Below, in pieces: positions 13,592-28,124 of a DNA stretch of 64,000 bases (the first letter of the stretch is position 1; every line of letters starts with the position of its first letter). The notes beneath the pieces were generated by a model. The model saw only the letters and a program-made list of their open reading frames with translations. It had not been told where the DNA came from and did not search any database. Source of the stretch: Octopus sinensis (Eukaryota); assembly GCF_006345805.1 (NCBI RefSeq), contig NC_042998.1:35030001-35094000 (forward strand), given 5' to 3'. The position numbers were made by a program, and so were the translations under genes.

Positions 13592-14096
13592 GGCGCAATG
13601 GCCCAGTGGTTAGGGCAGCGGAGTCGAGGTCGTAGGATCGCGGTTTCGATTCTCAGACCGGGCATTGTGAGTGTTTATTGAGCGAATACGCCTAAAGCTC
13701 CGCGAGGCTCCGGCATGGGGTGATGGTGAACCCTGCTGTACTCTTTCACCACAACTTTCTCTCACTCTTTCTTCCTGTTTCTGTTGTACCTGTATTTCAA
13801 AGGGGCCGGCCTTGTCACACTCTGTGTCACGCTGAATCTGCCCGAGAACTACGTTAAGGCTACACATGTCTGTGGGGTGCTCAGCCACTTGCATGTTAAT
13901 AAATGAGCTGCGACGTCACTGGTGCCAAGCTGTATCGGCCCCTTTGCCTTTCCCTTGGATAACATCGGTGGCGTGGAGAAGGAAGGCTGGTATAAGTGGG
14001 CGACTGCTGGTCTTCCATAAACAACCTTGCCCAGACTTGTGCCTCGGAGGGTAACTTTCTAAGTGCAATCCCATGGTCATTCATGACCGAAGGGGT
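13592..14096 (+). mobile_element. Chimeric SINE: family D head/body joined to family A tail
   Basis: 13592-13895 matches 47992-48280; 13900-14096 matches the 3' half of family A. Confidence 0.75.
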
Positions 14097-14827
14097 TCAC
14101 AATTTGTGTCACTGATATGATTTTAAGAGACTTGGTAAAAATCACTGATTTTATTTTTAAAGAAATGAAACAGTTCGGATAATAAAGAAAAACTGAATGA
14201 AACAATGCTGAGATGTCAACATTGATACAGCTTCTTTCGGCCTTCGTGAAATATCGAAGTAGCGAGTCAGGAAAATTAACAATATTATTGATTGTTTCAA
14301 ACGAAATAATTTCTCATGGGTTCAATAAATGTCACCGGATCATAGATATTCATAGGTTTGTAATTATCTAAGTTGAAATGATTTTGGTATATCGAGAGGG
14401 CATTTTTTTTATTGTATTTGTTGTTGTTGTTATTGGTGGTGGTGGTGGTGGTGTTTTTGCTGCTGCTGTTGTTATCATTGTTGTTGTTATTCTTAAAATC
14501 CATACCAATTCTAAAGTATTGTTATTGGAGTATTTCTTTCTCTGGGAATTTATGTTATGTACGATCTGTATAAAAGACGGGAAGATATCAACCATTAACC
14601 ATTGATCGAATATTCCAAATTAATAATTCTTGTAAAATAATACTGTGCAGCGACGGACATCATCTTGAGAAAAAAAAAGACTTGACTGTAATTAAAACAT
14701 TGAGAGGAACCAACAAAATCTCGGGTAAAACACCTTGCGGGAGTTCTTCGATTAACTGCGCTCAAAAATCAGATGACTTTGAGGCTGACCTTAACGTTCA
14801 TCCTTCTGGGATTTGTAAAGTACTGAA

Positions 14828-14875
<48 letters not shown>

Positions 14876-15234
14876 TAGAGGGGACAAACAAGGACAGACA
14901 AACGGATTAAGTCGATTATATCGACCCCAGTGCGTAACTGGTACTTAATTTATCGACCCCGAAAGAATGAAAGGCAAAGTCGACCTCGGAGGAATTTGAA
15001 CTCTCTCTCACTCTCCTTCCTCTCTCTCTCTCTCACTCTCTTCCCTCCTCTCTCTCTCTCTCTCCTCTCTCTCTCCCTCTCTGAAACGGCAATGTTGCAC
15101 AGTGGCAGGTATCAATGGAGGCCAATCACAGCGTGCCTTTGTCTAAAGATTCTGAAGGACTGAGCGAACTCTGACAACAGCTCACAACCGTCTGATATAT
15201 TAATGTAAGCGTCCACAGGCAGAACGATGTGGAT

Positions 15235-15235
15235 G

Positions 15236-15284
<49 letters not shown>

Positions 15285-15925
15285 GGAGGAGGAGGAGGAG
15301 GAGGAGGAGGAGGAGGAGGAGGAGGAGAAGCAGCAGCAGCAGGGGGGGCAGGTGAAGGAAGAAGAAGAAGAAGAAGAAGAAAAAGAAGAAGAAAAGAAGA
15401 AGAAGAAGAAAAGAAGAAGAAGAAGAAAAAGAAGAAGAAAAAGAAGAAGAAAAGAAGAAGAAGAAAAAGAAGAAGAAAAAGAAGAAGAACAAAAGAAGAA
15501 GAAGAACAAAAGAAGAAGAAAAAGAAGAAGAAGAAGAAGAAGAGAAGAAGAAGAAGAAGAAAAAGAAGAAGAAAAAGAAGAAGAAAAAAAAGAAGAAAGA
15601 AGAAGAAAAAGAAGACAAAAAGAAGAAGAAGAACAAAAGAAAAAGAAAAAGAAGAAGAAAAAGAAGAAAGAAAACAAAAAAGTAAAGACCCAAGAAGAAT
15701 AAAAGAAGAAGAAGATAAGAAGAAGAAAGTAAGAAACGAACAAGAACACTAACAAGACAAAGAAGAACAAGAAGAATAAGTAAGAAGAACAAGAATAACA
15801 AGACAAGAACAATAACAAGAACAAGACAAGAACAATAACAAGAACCAACAAAACAAGAATACCAAGAAAAATAACAAGAACAAGAACAAGAAGAACAAGA
15901 AGAACAAGAAGAAGAAGAACAAGAA
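15235..15925. repeat. Compound trinucleotide low-complexity tract (GAT)n-(GAG)n-(GAA)n-(AAGAAC)n
   Basis: Direct reading. Confidence 0.95.
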
Positions 15926-17149
15926 GAAGAAATCTATTTCCCCCTGTCATATTGAGATAAATACGTTTGACTGATAGAATCTGTCCTCGGAAAGAAAACT
16001 AAATTAAACATTATCTCTTAAACACGCCATAATAACAAGGTTTTATACCCGATCCTCTCTCAGAAAAAAAAACAAAAAAACTATTCTCTGATATACACGT
16101 ATTTTCCCCTTTCCTTTGATTCTTCATCACAGATTTTATTGATAATTGAGAAGTGTTAGACTTCCGCTTTTCCGTCTGTTTCTTTTTTTTTTTCTTTATC
16201 GGAGAAACAATTCCGAATATTTCTGAGTAAAGAAATATCCTGAAAGACATTAGCAATTATTGTCTGTTTTCTAATAGTTGCTTGAGGTACCAACCATAAT
16301 GTATTGTCTTTATCTTATCCAACAGACAACACCGAAAAAAAAAAACATTGAAAAAGGGTTTAACTGGCATTTATCTCATCAAGACAACTTGGTCGGCACA
16401 GTTAATAATATTCCTATCAGAAAAGCGAGTTTGATTGGTTTAATATGAAGATGCTATGTTAAACACGTAACATAAGATTCCAAAATCCTTTATTATTTTA
16501 TATGACTCTCTCACTTCATCATGACTGCTAACTTTGTAAAGTTTTCTTCGATGACAGGCACAATAGAGTGTCGGATTAGATATCTTACTGTATTTAATTT
16601 CATCTCCCTAGGTTTTTGCTACAAGTCCAGCGGATTTATTCTTCCTCCATCTTGTACAGATCAGAAGATTAAGTGCCAGAAATGTGCCGGATTGAATCAA
16701 ACGAATATATTTCACCCCTTCATGAAAGAAATTACTTCCAAATATATTTACAAACGAGCAAAGCGCCCCCCCCCCGTCCAATGGACGGTGCTGAGTTGTC
16801 AAACATTTAAACCAAATTTTCTCAAAACAACTTGTCCGACCGTCCTATAGGCCTCCCCTTTGAGAAACACTGATTTAACCTAAATTTGAGGCACCAGCAA
16901 AAAATGAAATAAAGATAGACTTTTTTTCTATTCCAAAGAAAAACGATTTTCTTCACACTACTATACAACCGAAGAGTTTAAATTACCAGTAATGATAAGG
17001 CTGTTGACTGGGAGAACACAAACGTGGTTTAAACAGTAAGCTTGGCAGGAACGAAACGTGCCTTTAAACAGTACAAAAACAACAAAAAATGGAAGGTGCA
17101 GTTATGTATAGGTTGACGGAAGAAAAGCAGGACAAAAACGGCTTTACCA

Positions 17150-17296
17150 ATCGCATTCTCACCTGAAATCGATTTCTGTGATTTTTTCAAGACTTATACA
17201 CGCCCTGATATCAAATTTGAGCGCAATCGGATGGAGGATGCCCGAGATGAGAGAAGACACACATACAGACAGACAGGACGATTTTATATAATAGAT
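17150..17296 (+). mobile_element. Possible 3' end of a non-autonomous Helitron/Helentron-associated element
   Basis: tcaaatttgagcgcaatcggatgg...acagacagacaggacgattttatataatagat resembles Lep1/HINE-type termini. Confidence 0.4.
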
Positions 17297-18199
17297 ATGT
17301 GACATTGCGCCACTGTAAAATTTCTATAGGCCTCAGAAACCGTATTTCGCGGAAGTGGTGCTACCTGGTGCTAAACAAAGAGCAAGAACTCTTCAGATAT
17401 CTATACATACCGATCGCCTATTTTTTTATATCTTCGATTACATTGTTTACATCGACGTATTCCTATATGAAACGTCGTAACTTTCAATATTGACTCTAAA
17501 TTCTTTAGAAAATCTGTCGAGATAACTTCCAAAGTGTCTATTGATTTTGACAGAATTGGAACTCAAATTTAAATCAAGAAGCACGTGGAGCATATTTCCC
17601 GTATAAACTTAGTCCAAATTTATGCCACTTAGTGACCTAAATTTTCAGAGCTGTCCCCATACTTGTCAAAACCCAGACACATTCCACATTACAGGCACAT
17701 ATTCATTCTTTAATCAATTTTAATTAATTTAAATTTCAGAGTTCTTTACTTGTCTCTCTTTAGCACGAATAATCATTTATGTAATGACTTTTTTTCTTCT
17801 TCATTACTGGTATCATTTTAATTTATTAAAAATGTTCTGGCTTTCTATATTAAATATGTCAACATCAATAATTATATTGATTAAAGGAACCGTTTCTCTA
17901 AGCAATCTCACTCTTTCTAAAGGTGGAATTAAATCTCATAAATTTAGGCGAGCGATTGATAACTTCAACACATATCGTTTCATTATACTTGTCCGACCAA
18001 TAAAATGATGGCTGTCTTCTCTTTCATTTATGAAAATTATAATCTACAGCTTCGACCAGAACAGAGTAAATTAATGTCTCCGTTGTTTTTGTTTATTATT
18101 CATTGTTTGGTTTTTGAGGAGAGACATTTTGTGTAACTCCACGTACAAGCATTTTTTCTATCTCCCTTTGTTAGTACTAATTGCGTTTATTGTCCATTA

Positions 18200-19170
18200 A
18201 TTACTCCATGCTCCTTCCTAATATAGAACTGCCAGAGTGAGCGACGGGAAACAATATGTCCCCCGCTTAAAGGATTGATGCTGTTCCTCTTCAAATGATC
18301 TTTAATTTCTCTTTGAATGGGTGACTTTAATTCTCCTGCTGAGCATTCACAATGGTGTAGAAGAAGGTAGCGTATTTTACAGGAGTGATGCAATTCTGTC
18401 ATGCTCACTACATGTTCAGAACCATCTCATGTGATGTCCGTTTAATGTGGATCCGGTGCTGCTTCTGTTGACTTCTTCTTAAGTAATAATATAATAATAT
18501 TCCGTGACTGAAAAGATCTAAAAACAATTAACGTTATATGTCTTAATGTATTGACTGTATTTGGACCCTGTCTCTCACTCATACGGAAGAGTAAAAACAC
18601 AAACTGACCACTCTGACCACTAGACGAAGACTTTAGTGTGACTGATGAGGTGTTTGGTAAGAAAGACCCAAAAGCTGCGCACTCAAAGGCTATAGAGGCC
18701 TGTGTGAAGGAGATACGATTCTTTTTTTAAGGTGTACACTCTTTGGAAATGATGCTGCCTCGGTATCTGAAATGCAGGATTGATAGAGATGCAGCGACCT
18801 ATCGACAGATGATCTCGGTTCTCTGAACATTAGCAATTAGGCTTCCTATCTGAGAGATGTAATAGCGTCTGTGTTGACGACCTGTATGGCTTCCAGAGTG
18901 TGATCTACCACGGCAGAGACATCGGCATTTGTCGCTCAATGATCTGCTTAGATTTAAGCTCCCTGCTAGCCTCTGACCTTCTTATATTGAAAAACTTCAC
19001 AGTGAGTCGGAAATTGATAGAGACACGTGCTCTATTATAACCTTATGTGTAACAGTGTAATAACATAGATGTAGAAGATAAACAGTCCAGGAACCAGTAT
19101 GCATCCTTGCTTAACTCCGGTTTTTAAACTAAATGGATCACGTTTTTGCCATCCAACGGCAACTTGAACC
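18200..19170 (-). pseudogene. Old RTE-like LINE reverse transcriptase / C-terminal fragment
   Basis: Minus strand DPFSLKTGVKQGCILVPGLF, FNIRR, HFRYRGSIIS, HTKVFV, MRWF; many stops and frameshifts. Confidence 0.72.
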
Positions 19171-20319
19171 CAATGTTGAACTAGCTAAATAGTTTTGTAT
19201 ATTTAGGTGGGTGACTACATATGTTTTACAAAATTCCACTGAATCTTCCTGTTAAATTTCTCTAAAACAATTTCAAAAGAATCACAGATGCAATAAAAGA
19301 ATCCTAATGTTGCTCTCCCTGTATTTGTCTTGAGGCTAATTTGTAACGAAAATCGTATTAACCATAGCTCGACCTCATGTAGTCATTACCATTGCTCGTT
19401 ACTAAGTCAGGTTATTCTTCGAGAATCATCTTTATCACGTGAACTATGTAACAGTTAATGCATCTAATATCATCCATATTATATTGACATTTATATAAAT
19501 ATATCTTAACATTCTCGCCTAAGTCACGTGACTTTATAACAGTACAAAACTTATTATAAACAAAAGGCTACAAATTCCAACATGATGCCATACTATTTTC
19601 TAAGGTGTGGCTCTGTAGAACGCTTCTAATTTGATGAAAAGCAATGAAGTTAGTACAATCATAATTAATGAATACTGCTAGAAATACATGAGAGTTTCTG
19701 GAGAGGAAATTAGACGGGCGATGCACCTCATGCATAAACTTTATAACAGATAGGGTGGAGAATGCTTTAATCTTTAATTGCTTTTTATCTGCGAACTTAG
19801 GAAATGATCAGTTCGTAATCGTATGTGTTCTTCTGTTGATGTTGTTTTTATTGATTAGCACTAGCGATGAGCAAACTTAGGATTTAAGCGGTCCTGACCT
19901 TATTCAGACATAGTGTATCAAAACCATCATTATGCAGTGGACTGTGAAGTTAAAAAAAGATTTGGCAGTAGCAGCCCGTGCGATCATTTCAAGTCTCTCT
20001 CTCTCTCTCTCTCTCTCTCTTGGCTCGTCAATCTTATAATTTCAATGCTAAGACAAAAACACTTTTTCTGGTCAATGAACTTTTAAATGGCTCTGAGTCA
20101 AATTACGATATACTTGTAAATATCTGTTCTGTTATTAACTTAAAACTTTAAAGTTTTGAAAAATAGCCTTGTGTATATAATAATCGTTGAGGAATGCACA
20201 GTGCTGATCGGCCAGTTAATGCAATATTTGTCCCTGGGGTAACATCTCCAGCCCCTCACGGTATGAAATTTAGTCTTTTTTCTATTTATTGTTTTTGAAC
20301 ACAGAAAATCCATAAGAGC

Positions 20320-20750
20320 GCAGGCGTGGCTGTGTGGGAACAAGCTGCTTCCCAACATGGTTCCTAGTTCAATTCCACTGCGTGGAACCTTGGGCAAGTG
20401 TCTCGGACCAACCCAAACTTTGTGAATGAATTTGGTAGACGGAAATTGAAAGAAGCCCTTCGTATATCCATCTATCTATCTAACTCAGTGTGTGTGTGTT
20501 TGAGCGTGTGTGTGTGTGTGTGTATGTTTGTATGCCTGTATTTGTACCCATCAACGCTTGACAACCTCTGTTTATGTGTGTGTTTAGGTTCCCATAATAT
20601 AGCGGTTCGACAAAGAAGCCTGATATAATAAGTACTAGGTTTTGAAAAATATAAGATTTGGCGGTCGTTAAATCGACTAAAAATTAGTCGAGGCGGTGCC
20701 CTAGCATGGTCGTAGTCTAATGACTGAAATAAGTAGAAGATAAAAGATAA
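20320..20750 (+). mobile_element. SINE family B
   Basis: Homologous to 40337-40760. Confidence 0.8.
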
Positions 20751-20968
20751 AAAGCGATGTTATATCTAGAAAAATACTGCAGTAACCTGCCTATAAATAG
20801 TGTGTATACATTACGTATGATGCATAGATAGCTATTTTATTGAAATACTGCACCAGTTGCGTTTATTGGGTTTAAATTTAGGACTTATTAATTTTCTAAT
20901 CATGAGAAAAGATGTGACAGAAAATTACTATTTGTAAATCTCACAATGAGAGATAATCAGCAACAGTA

Positions 20969-21220
20969 TTTTGGATTAAAGATTGTTTACCTACATAACA
21001 TGGTAGTCCTGGTTTAGGACGAATGTTGCTGTAATTTAGCCCCAGGAGATATCGTTTCCAGCTGGCTATACGACACGATCTGTGTCCTTATATTTTCGAA
21101 CAAGGGAATCTAGCACCCCGACTCCAGCTGGAGACGATGTCTCCTGGGGCTAAATTACAGCAACATTCGTCCTAACCCAGGACTGCCATGTTATGTTGGC
21201 GATCAATCTTTACTCCAAAA
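20969..21220. mobile_element. MITE/foldback with ~95-bp inverted arms
   Basis: aacatggtagtcctgg..ccccaggagatatcgtttccagctgg / ccagctggagacgatgtctcctgggg..ccaggactgccatgtt. Confidence 0.75.
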
Positions 21221-22057
21221 TTTGTGACAGTTGAAAATTTCATAACAACTTCAAAATCTCCACATTCTCTTAACAAAGATTATCAAATGTCTAAAAACCT
21301 ATCTCATTGATGCAGAGTAGCCATCTCTCCAGCTGCTTCTTTGTTTTCATAAACCGTTCATCGAGTCATAGCTACAGGAATCTCCTAATCAAGCTGAGTA
21401 ACAGAGTTTTGTTAATTGAAAATGAAAGTACATTAATGTGAAAAGTCATTCATAATTATAGCAAAAGAAATTCCACCTGAAAATCTGAAACAATAAAACC
21501 AACGAGAAATCATCAATTATTCTTCTTCTTCTTCTCTACAGCAAAATACCAGATATCCATTAAAAACACTTGCTAATTATAGGCTCCACAATAGATCCCT
21601 GCTGAAACATTACCGCTAAAAGTTGTTTTAAAAATTTCATATAAAACGTCTTTTTACATACATACATACATATATATATATATATACGCACACACAAATA
21701 CAGACACACACATAAATAGGTGTATTTATGTGAATTAATTATGTATACATATATATGTATATATATGTATGTATATATAATATATATATATATGTATATA
21801 TATATATGTATTATATACATATATATATATATAAATATACATATATATATATATATATTATATACATACATATATATACATATATATACACAATTAATTC
21901 ACATAAATACACCTATTTGTGTGTATGTGTGTATGTATGCATATATATTTGTTTGTGTACATATTTACATATAGGCATATATACGCACATATATTCGCGC
22001 GTGCGTATGTGTGTATGTGTGTATGTGCGCGTGTGTGTGTGCGCGTGTGTGTGCGTG

Positions 22058-22088
<31 letters not shown>

Positions 22089-22832
22089 ACGTGTGGGTGT
22101 GCGTGTGTATGAGCGCGCGTGTGTGTGTACATAAACGAAATTTCTCTTTGAAATACGTTATAATTGTGCGTGGGAAACATAATGGCTGTTTCTGATATAC
22201 ACACCTGCACGTACGATCACAGACATATAGATAGATACAAGGAGATAAACAAGCGTATCCATATTCATTCACCACAAACATACACACATACACACACACA
22301 CTCACACACGCGCGCGCGCGCACAGTGTATAAACAAACAGAAATCAAACAAAATCGTATCTAATTATATCATTTGTTCGAGAAAAAAATTATCAGCAAAT
22401 ATTGCCGATCAAAGCGTTTTGTTATGAATTTGGAATTTCCTTAGTAATGGTAGAAAAACGTTTTACCAATTATTTTAACGGTTCTTTGATATAGAAAATG
22501 AATCCTTATAATTATCTAATCCTAGGTTTAGTTGTTATTCGTCTAGTGGAGTTGCTCAGGCGTTTTTAATTCGTGCACGCTATCGTCCATCTTGGTCCTT
22601 GATTGAAGGACGTCTTTGGGGAGGCATCTTCTTCCTCTTGTGAGTTGATATACATATGTTGAACGACCTGCTCGTGTACGGCCATTCTTTTGCATCCATA
22701 ACAAGAGGCCACTTGCAAGCTCCTGATGACGGTGGAAACAGGTAGGAGGTCATACAGCTATTTTTAGTACGATTTGTTCTCCAACAATACGTTTAAAACT
22801 GCTCCCTATATATGTATATATATTATATATAG

Positions 22833-22871
<39 letters not shown>

Positions 22872-22902
22872 GTGTGTGTGTGTGTGTGTGTGTGTATACA
22901 TT

Positions 22903-22935
<33 letters not shown>

Positions 22936-22974
22936 GTGTGTGTATGTATAGATATGTATATGTATATATTAAAT

Positions 22975-23041
<67 letters not shown>

Positions 23042-23042
23042 A

Positions 23043-23131
<89 letters not shown>

Positions 23132-23194
23132 CTCTTTTACTCTTTTACTTGTTTCAGCCATCCGGCTGAGGCCATGCTGGGGCACCGCCCTGTT

Positions 23195-23672
23195 GCTACC
23201 CTCTCTAAGTCCAGTTTGCCGTGGCTGGCCACTGATCTAAGAGAGAGTTTGTAGCTGCTGCCTTAGGTTACCTTCGTACCTTGCAGTGGGTTCATCTGGG
23301 ATCCCGGAAAGCAGCTTGTCTAGATGTTTTTTGAAAATGTCCACATCCGCATCATGTAGATCTCTTAGTTTTCTTGGCAGTTTGTTGAACAGTGAGGGCC
23401 CCTGAACCCCAGGCTATTACAGTATCTGCTCCTTACCCTGGATGTGGAAGACGGGACCTTTGGCACCACACAGTGACGACTGTACGGGGATTGGAACAGC
23501 TCTCAATTCCAAAATTTTGGTGCTAGTCCCTCCAGGATTTTCCATATGTATATCACTGCATATCTCTCTCGTCTTCGTTCCAAGGAGTACAAATTGAGTT
23601 CCCTAAGCCTCACCCAATAGTTTTTTTCTTTCATGGTGGAAATCCTCTTGGTGAAATGTCTTTGGATTGTCT
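23195..23672 (-). mobile_element. 3' fragment of a CR1/L2-group LINE
   Basis: Minus strand QRHFTKRISTMKEKNYWVRLRELNLYSLERRRE...QGPSLFNKLPRKLRDL..DIFKKHLDKLLSGIPDEP. Confidence 0.8.
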
Positions 23673-24116
23673 CAAGCTCTGTGGTTATATATATATATAT
23701 ATATATATGTATACATATATATATGCGTGTGTGTGTGTGTTTGCATATATTCTTTTTTCTTTTATTCTTTTACTTGTTTCAGTCATTTGACTGCAGCCAT
23801 ACTGGAGCACCACCTTTAGTCGAACAATTGGAGCCCAGGATTTATTCTTTGCAAATCCAAGTACTCATTCTGTCGGCCTCTTTTGCTGAAACGGATGTTT
23901 ACGGGGACATAAACATATCAACATCGGTTGCCTAGCGATGGAGGTGGAACAGACACAGACATACACACACAAATATATGCATGTATATATATGTATATAT
24001 ATATATTTAACATATATATATATATATATATATACATGCATATATTTGTGTGTGTATGTCTGTGTTTGTTCCACCTCCATCGCTTGGCAACCGATGTTGG
24101 AATTTTTATGTCCCCG

Positions 24117-24728
24117 AGCGTCGCCTAAACATCTTTCACCTGCGCTGCCTCCGGAAAATCTTTCGCATCAAATGGCAGAATCATGTCCCCAACAAAGATG
24201 TCCTCAAGCAAGCAGGAATACCAAGCATGTTTGCACTCCTCACACAAAGACGTATGAGATGGCTTGGGCATGTTAGCCGTATGAAAGATGACAGAATCCC
24301 CAAGGACATACTCTACGGAGAGCTTGCTAGGGGTACTAGGTCTGTGGGAAGACCGTTCCTACGTTACAAAGATGTTTGCAAAAGGGACATGAAGGCCTGC
24401 AACATCAATATTAGCAATTGGGAAGCAGTCGCCAGCAACCGTGGAGATTGCCGACATACCGTAAAACAGGGAATACAAAGGAGTGACAGAGAGAGAGAGA
24501 GAGAGGAGAAATGGAAAGACAAGAAAAGACGTCAACAAGAAACTATGACATTACAACCAGCCAGGCAAAGTCTTCACTACATTTGCGGCACCTGCCAGAG
24601 GGAGTGTTTCTCCAGGATAGGACTACACAGCCACAGCAAGAAATGTATTAGGACATGAAATGTAAAAGCCGGACTAGATTATTTTATGCGCAACTCCATT
24701 GTCTCCAGAGACAAAAAGGATGCCAACA
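24117..24728 (+). mobile_element. 5'-truncated RTE-clade LINE (ORF C-terminus plus 3' UTR)
   Basis: ERRLNIFHLRCLRKI..IKWQ, RRMRWLGHVSRMKDDRIPKDILYGEL..G.RSVGRP.LRYKDVCKRDMK, terminal zinc finger CGTC..SRIGLHSHSKKC; 3' end gagacaaaaaggatgccaacaa typical of RTE. Confidence 0.92.
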
Positions 24729-24969
24729 ATATATATGTATATATAGATATATATGTTTGTATGTATATATATATGTTTATATATGCATATGCAACCGTTA
24801 ATGCGGACACGCTTCCCTCTCTCCCTATGTTTTCTTCCCTCAGTCTTTCCGTAGATAGCGTAGTCTCGAAATGTCAAGGATTTCGTTCAATTTTTCTGAG
24901 CATCTCACTAATACACTTTGTCGTTTCCTTACCTGTCTCTGTCTTCTGTTAATTGCTTTTCGAATAATT

Positions 24970-25700
24970 GTGATTCATATATATGCATATGTGTATGTAT
25001 GTATGTATGTATGTGTGTATGTATGTATATGTGTATGTATGTATGTAAGTATGTATGTATGTGCTTGTATGCATGTATGTATGTATGTGTGTGTGTATGT
25101 GTATGTATGTATGTATGTATGTATGTGCTTGTATGCATGTATGTATGAATGTGTGTGTGTATGTATGTATGTATGCGTGTATGTATGTATGTGTGTGTAT
25201 GTATGTATGTATGTTTGTATGCATGTATGTATGCATGTATGTATGTATGTATGTATGTGTGTGTGTATGTATGTATGTATGTATGTATGTATGTATATGT
25301 GTATGTATGTATGTAAGTATTATGTATGTATTATGTATGTGCTTGTATGCATGTATGTATGTATGTATGTATGTGTGTATGTATGTATGTATGTGTGTGT
25401 ATGTATGTGTGTATGTATGTATGTGTTTGTATGTATGTATGTATGTATGTATGTATGTATGTGTGTGTATGTATGTATGTGTGTATGTATGTATGTATGT
25501 GTGTGTGTATGTATGTATGTATGTATGTGTTTATGTATGTGTGTGCGTATGTATGTATGTGTGTATGTATGTATGTATGTGTTTATGTATGTATGTATGT
25601 GTGTATGTATGTGTGTTTGTATGTATGTATTTATGTGTGTATGTATGTATGTGTGTATGTATGTATGCGTGCGGCTGTGCGTGTGTGTATGTGTGCGTGT
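24970..25700. repeat. Long degenerate (TATG)n/(TG)n microsatellite
   Basis: Direct reading. Confidence 0.95.
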
Positions 25701-26422
25701 ATAACTGGCTTGCGTCAAATTTCTCCTTATCGAACTTACATAAAAGCATCGTCTTAAAACACACAGGAATGTTTTCGCTCATAAACTGAAGCTACAACAC
25801 CTTATCACTGAATTAACACATCGAACGAAGTTATGAAATTAAGAACTGGTGCTCATCACTCACGTATATATATATGAGAGTAATTCTCTATATACATATA
25901 TATAATGAGAGATTCATTATTTCACTGCATTAAGCTTAAATCTTCCCATGAGAATCATTTGATAAATAGGTATTTTTCAGGTGGCGATCCAATAGATATC
26001 GAAGCAAAGAAATCATAGATCAGAATGTGTATAAATATAATTCATAGGAGAATAATGTATAGCTGTACTATTAGATGAAACAGTTTAGGTGATAATGACA
26101 TACAGAATCTGAAGCTACATGGAACGTTGGCAGTGATTAATCGATATCCTATCTCGAAACTGCATCACAAGGATATTAGATTAAAGAAGGGAAAACAGAG
26201 ACATGCATAAAACGACGGACAGATAAAGTGGTTGGAGATCGTGCCGTTGTTTTGGACGATAAGTGTTCCAACTGTTCGCTTCGTAGAACTATCTACGCAT
26301 TGCGCTGTTCGGTGCCTGAGTATTCCACTTCCACGAATATCTGTGCTCTGAATATGCAGCTTGATGCTTGCTTGCGTATGTCCAGGTCTATGGTAGAAAA
26401 ATATGCGTGTGTGTATGCATAC

Positions 26423-26537
<115 letters not shown>

Positions 26538-26545
26538 TATAGAGG

Positions 26546-26604
<59 letters not shown>

Positions 26605-28124
26605 GTAGATAGACAATCAGATAGACAGACAGACAGACCGATACACAGACAGATAGACATACATACATACATACATACATACGTACATACATACATACAT
26701 ACATACATACATACATACATACATAAATACATACATACACACAACAGAATATGCTACCACACACGAACTCATATAAAGAATATTGCAAACCAAATCTCAA
26801 AGCGAAATACATACACACATATATATGAGAATATATATAAAACAAAATATACATATTTACATATATTTGCTGATTGACCGTTGACTACACATGAGTTCCT
26901 CAGCCTCCCTCCTCACCAAGCATATATCTGTGTGTGTGCGCGCGTGTATGTGAAAACACGCATACTTGCAAACACACGTATACATAATTGCATACACAAC
27001 CCCGCCTCCCGATGAATGTATGGCCCTCAAATCTGTGTTTATACTACAAATCAGTGACCCTCAATGTGTCTTCTGCGCCAGTATTCTTCCCACCATTTTG
27101 GCAACTCTGTCGGGGGGGGGGGGTAGAAGACATAAGAGATTTTCATTTTAACATCCTAAATATATTAATAGCAGAAATTTCTTCATCAACTTTTATTTTG
27201 AACAACACTAACGCAACGCGAAAAAAAAAAAAAAGGCGGCACAACGATTCGAACATCCAATGAATGTTGCATCACATGAATTTTGTAGCTTCTACCAACT
27301 ATTAACCCTCGAAGCGCATCCATTGAACAGATCTGAAAATAAGAAGCAGACGACATGATCACGAGAGATTGAAAACAAGTCCTCGAAAAGTTTTTCTAGC
27401 AGAAAACCAAGGAGAAACATGGCTAAATTGTCAGAAAAATTTAAAGAGTGGCAACTTCATAAATATGTCCTGTACATTAAAGACAAATCAATCGGTAAAT
27501 TCAACTGTCCTTTTGGAATATATGGCTTTGATATACAGGAACCGGAAATTAGAGCTAAATTCTTGATGCCTAACAGTAATATGCACGTAGGTAAGTATTT
27601 AGATGTGGTATTCCTTGTAGATTTTAAATATCAATACCAAAAATATCCCTCACATCATAAACAATTGTTAAAAAATATATGCATAATATCGATTGCAATC
27701 CATAAAAAAGTGGTCCCTGAATACCAAGATATAGAAGTCACAATGATGGTATACATTCACAATTGAATATATGATTAGCCAGTATATTGTTTTCAAATTC
27801 ATTACATGCTTCTTGGAATGAGATTTGATCTATGGAGACTGTATGTCAAGTATACCTCGCCGTATATAGTAAGAATTACTGTCGTATATACAACTTCACT
27901 CTTCACCTGTAAAATGTTTAAAAATTAAATAGAAACAATATTTTTCGATATAAAAAGTCAACAGCTAAGTGAGATTTATAAGCTGTCAGTTTAAAACTCT
28001 ATCGAAATAGAGTAGCAGATAGAATAACGGTAGATACAGGTATGTTTTATAAAATACAATGAGGTGAGAAGAAATACAAAATATATATCTGTTGTGTCTG
28101 GGGAGAGTCTTTCCCTTTTAGTGC

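Noticed and set aside
15229-15702. 157-aa acidic/basic ORF and the overlapping minus-strand poly-F/S/L ORFs
   Set aside because: Pure trinucleotide microsatellite translation; no domain or splice support.
18640-18672. CTGATGA...GAAA string
   Set aside because: Antisense of the RTE fragment; no stems.
22719-22750. ctcCTGATGAcggtgGAAAcagGTAggag hammerhead-like string
   Set aside because: Stem II only ~1 bp, stem III not palindromic, stem I at most 2 bp in register; likely chance or extreme decay.
24871-25789. Long MYVC/HTYI ORFs here and at many other (TATG)n, (TA)n and (TG)n tracts
   Set aside because: Stop-free artefacts of simple repeats.
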